Positions 35,864 through 36,109 of a stretch of 36,109 nucleotides of DNA are shown piece after piece. The stretch comes from Candidatus Stercoripulliclostridium sp. (GTDB lineage: Bacteria; Bacillota; Clostridia; Christensenellales; DTU072), in contig JAZQVF010000025.1 in the NCBI GenBank assembly GCA_045631675.1, forward strand, positions 1-36,109, given 5' to 3'. The position numbers and the translations under genes are program-made. The notes below the pieces were generated by a model. That model did not search any database and was not told the origin of the DNA. It saw nothing but the letters and a program-made list of their open reading frames with translations. Positions within the stretch are counted from its first letter, which is position 1. The number at the start of each line of letters is the position of its first letter.

Positions 35864-35886
35864 TTAATCACAAGTGATTGATAAAA

Positions 35887-35945
35887 TGTGAAATGCGAAG
35901 TGCGGAATGCGAAATTGGCTTCATTTCGCTTGCACTTCACTCACA
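35887..35945. other. Long bulged hairpin / inverted repeat in non-coding DNA
   Basis: Three nested pairings: TGTGA (35887-91) with TCACA (35941-45), GAAGTGC (35897-903) with GCACTTC (35932-38), and GCGAAAT (35909-15) with ATTTCGC (35923-29). The left arm carries a direct repeat of AATGCGAA. Confidence 0.6.
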
Positions 35946-35958
35946 AGGAATATATAAA

Positions 35959-36036
35959 CAAGAAATACCTCACTATGTTCGGCAATAAATACACCCACGT
36001 TGTGGTTGCAATAAATACCCTTCGGGCAAGAAATAC
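35959..36036. repeat. Four dispersed copies of the 10-mer CAA[G/T]AAATAC
   Basis: Copies at 35959-68, 35983-92, 36009-18 and 36027-36, spaced 24, 26 and 18 bp. Three of them abut small hairpins: CCAC-GTT-GTGG, CCC-TTC-GGG and CAAACAT-TAT-ATGTTTG. Confidence 0.85.
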
Positions 36037-36109
36037 AAACATTATATGTTTGCGTTAAGGATAATAAGCCGTGTTATTTTGGCGGTATACGGCGTTAAAC
36101 TCAAACCTT

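Noticed and set aside
35959-36036. Possible miniature CRISPR array.
   Set aside because: The repeats are only 10 nt, the spacers are 8-16 nt and irregular, and there are no cas genes. This is not a CRISPR array.
35959-36060. Small ORFs across the repeat array: plus strand MFGNKYTHVVVAINTLRARNTNIICLR (27 aa), and minus strand MFVFLARRVFIATTTWVYLLPNIVRYFLFIYSL (33 aa, hydrophobic, resembling a type I toxin).
   Set aside because: Neither has an SD. The repeated 10-mer falls in different reading frames within each ORF, so the repeat is a nucleic-acid-level feature. I see no antitoxin-RNA arrangement.
1-36109. Search for defence systems, integrases or transposases, tRNA-flanked islands and toxin-antitoxin pairs.
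   Set aside because: Every ORF of at least 90 aa on the coding strand is accounted for by housekeeping, division, sporulation or envelope functions. I saw no recombinase or nuclease-helicase signatures apart from the PolC-like exonuclease, and no obvious compositional break.

Overview
AT-rich core chromosome of an endospore-forming Firmicute with Clostridia-like gene order. All protein genes except sigK lie on the minus strand. Read in the minus sense, there are five blocks. (1) 35707->20438: the dcw/sporulation cluster mraZ-rsmH-(atypical FtsL-slot gene)-class B PBP-murE-mraY-murD-ftsW/spoVE-murA-ftsQ-ftsA-ftsZ-spoIIGA-sigE-sigG. (2) ylmC, nrdR and an RluA-family pseudouridine synthase. (3) On the plus strand, RNase P RNA (rnpB) followed directly by pro-sigma-K. 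(4) 17504->10380: a tightly packed operon of eight genes, rarA-rubrerythrin-ABC ATPase-ABC permease-ruvX-DUF1292-cyclophilin lipoprotein-MBG surface protein. (5) 10157->852: rpsB-tsf-pyrH-frr-uppS-cdsA-dxr-rseP-ispG, then a PolC-derived gene, then a partial repeat-domain lipoprotein. I found no mobile element, CRISPR array, prophage, toxin-antitoxin pair or recognisable defence system, so this is an ordinary housekeeping and sporulation region. The observations most worth a second look are: (a) a 521-aa protein in the polC synteny slot with a PolC N-terminus, OB fold and DEDDh exonuclease but no PHP or polymerase core; (b) two genes (sigK and the dcw PBP) whose best-supported start codon is ATT; (c) a 195-aa bitopic protein where FtsL should be, with FtsL's usual proportions reversed (long cytoplasmic part, short external part); (d) a strong terminator hairpin ending 3 nt from the spoIIGA start codon; (e) a leaderless-type consensus promoter on rarA; (f) a ~400-nt non-coding region upstream of mraZ packed with MraZ boxes, tandem and inverted repeats, a GAAC-N4-GTTC palindrome and a four-copy 10-mer array. 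All calls come from reading the sequence and from remembered family signatures. No database search was run.
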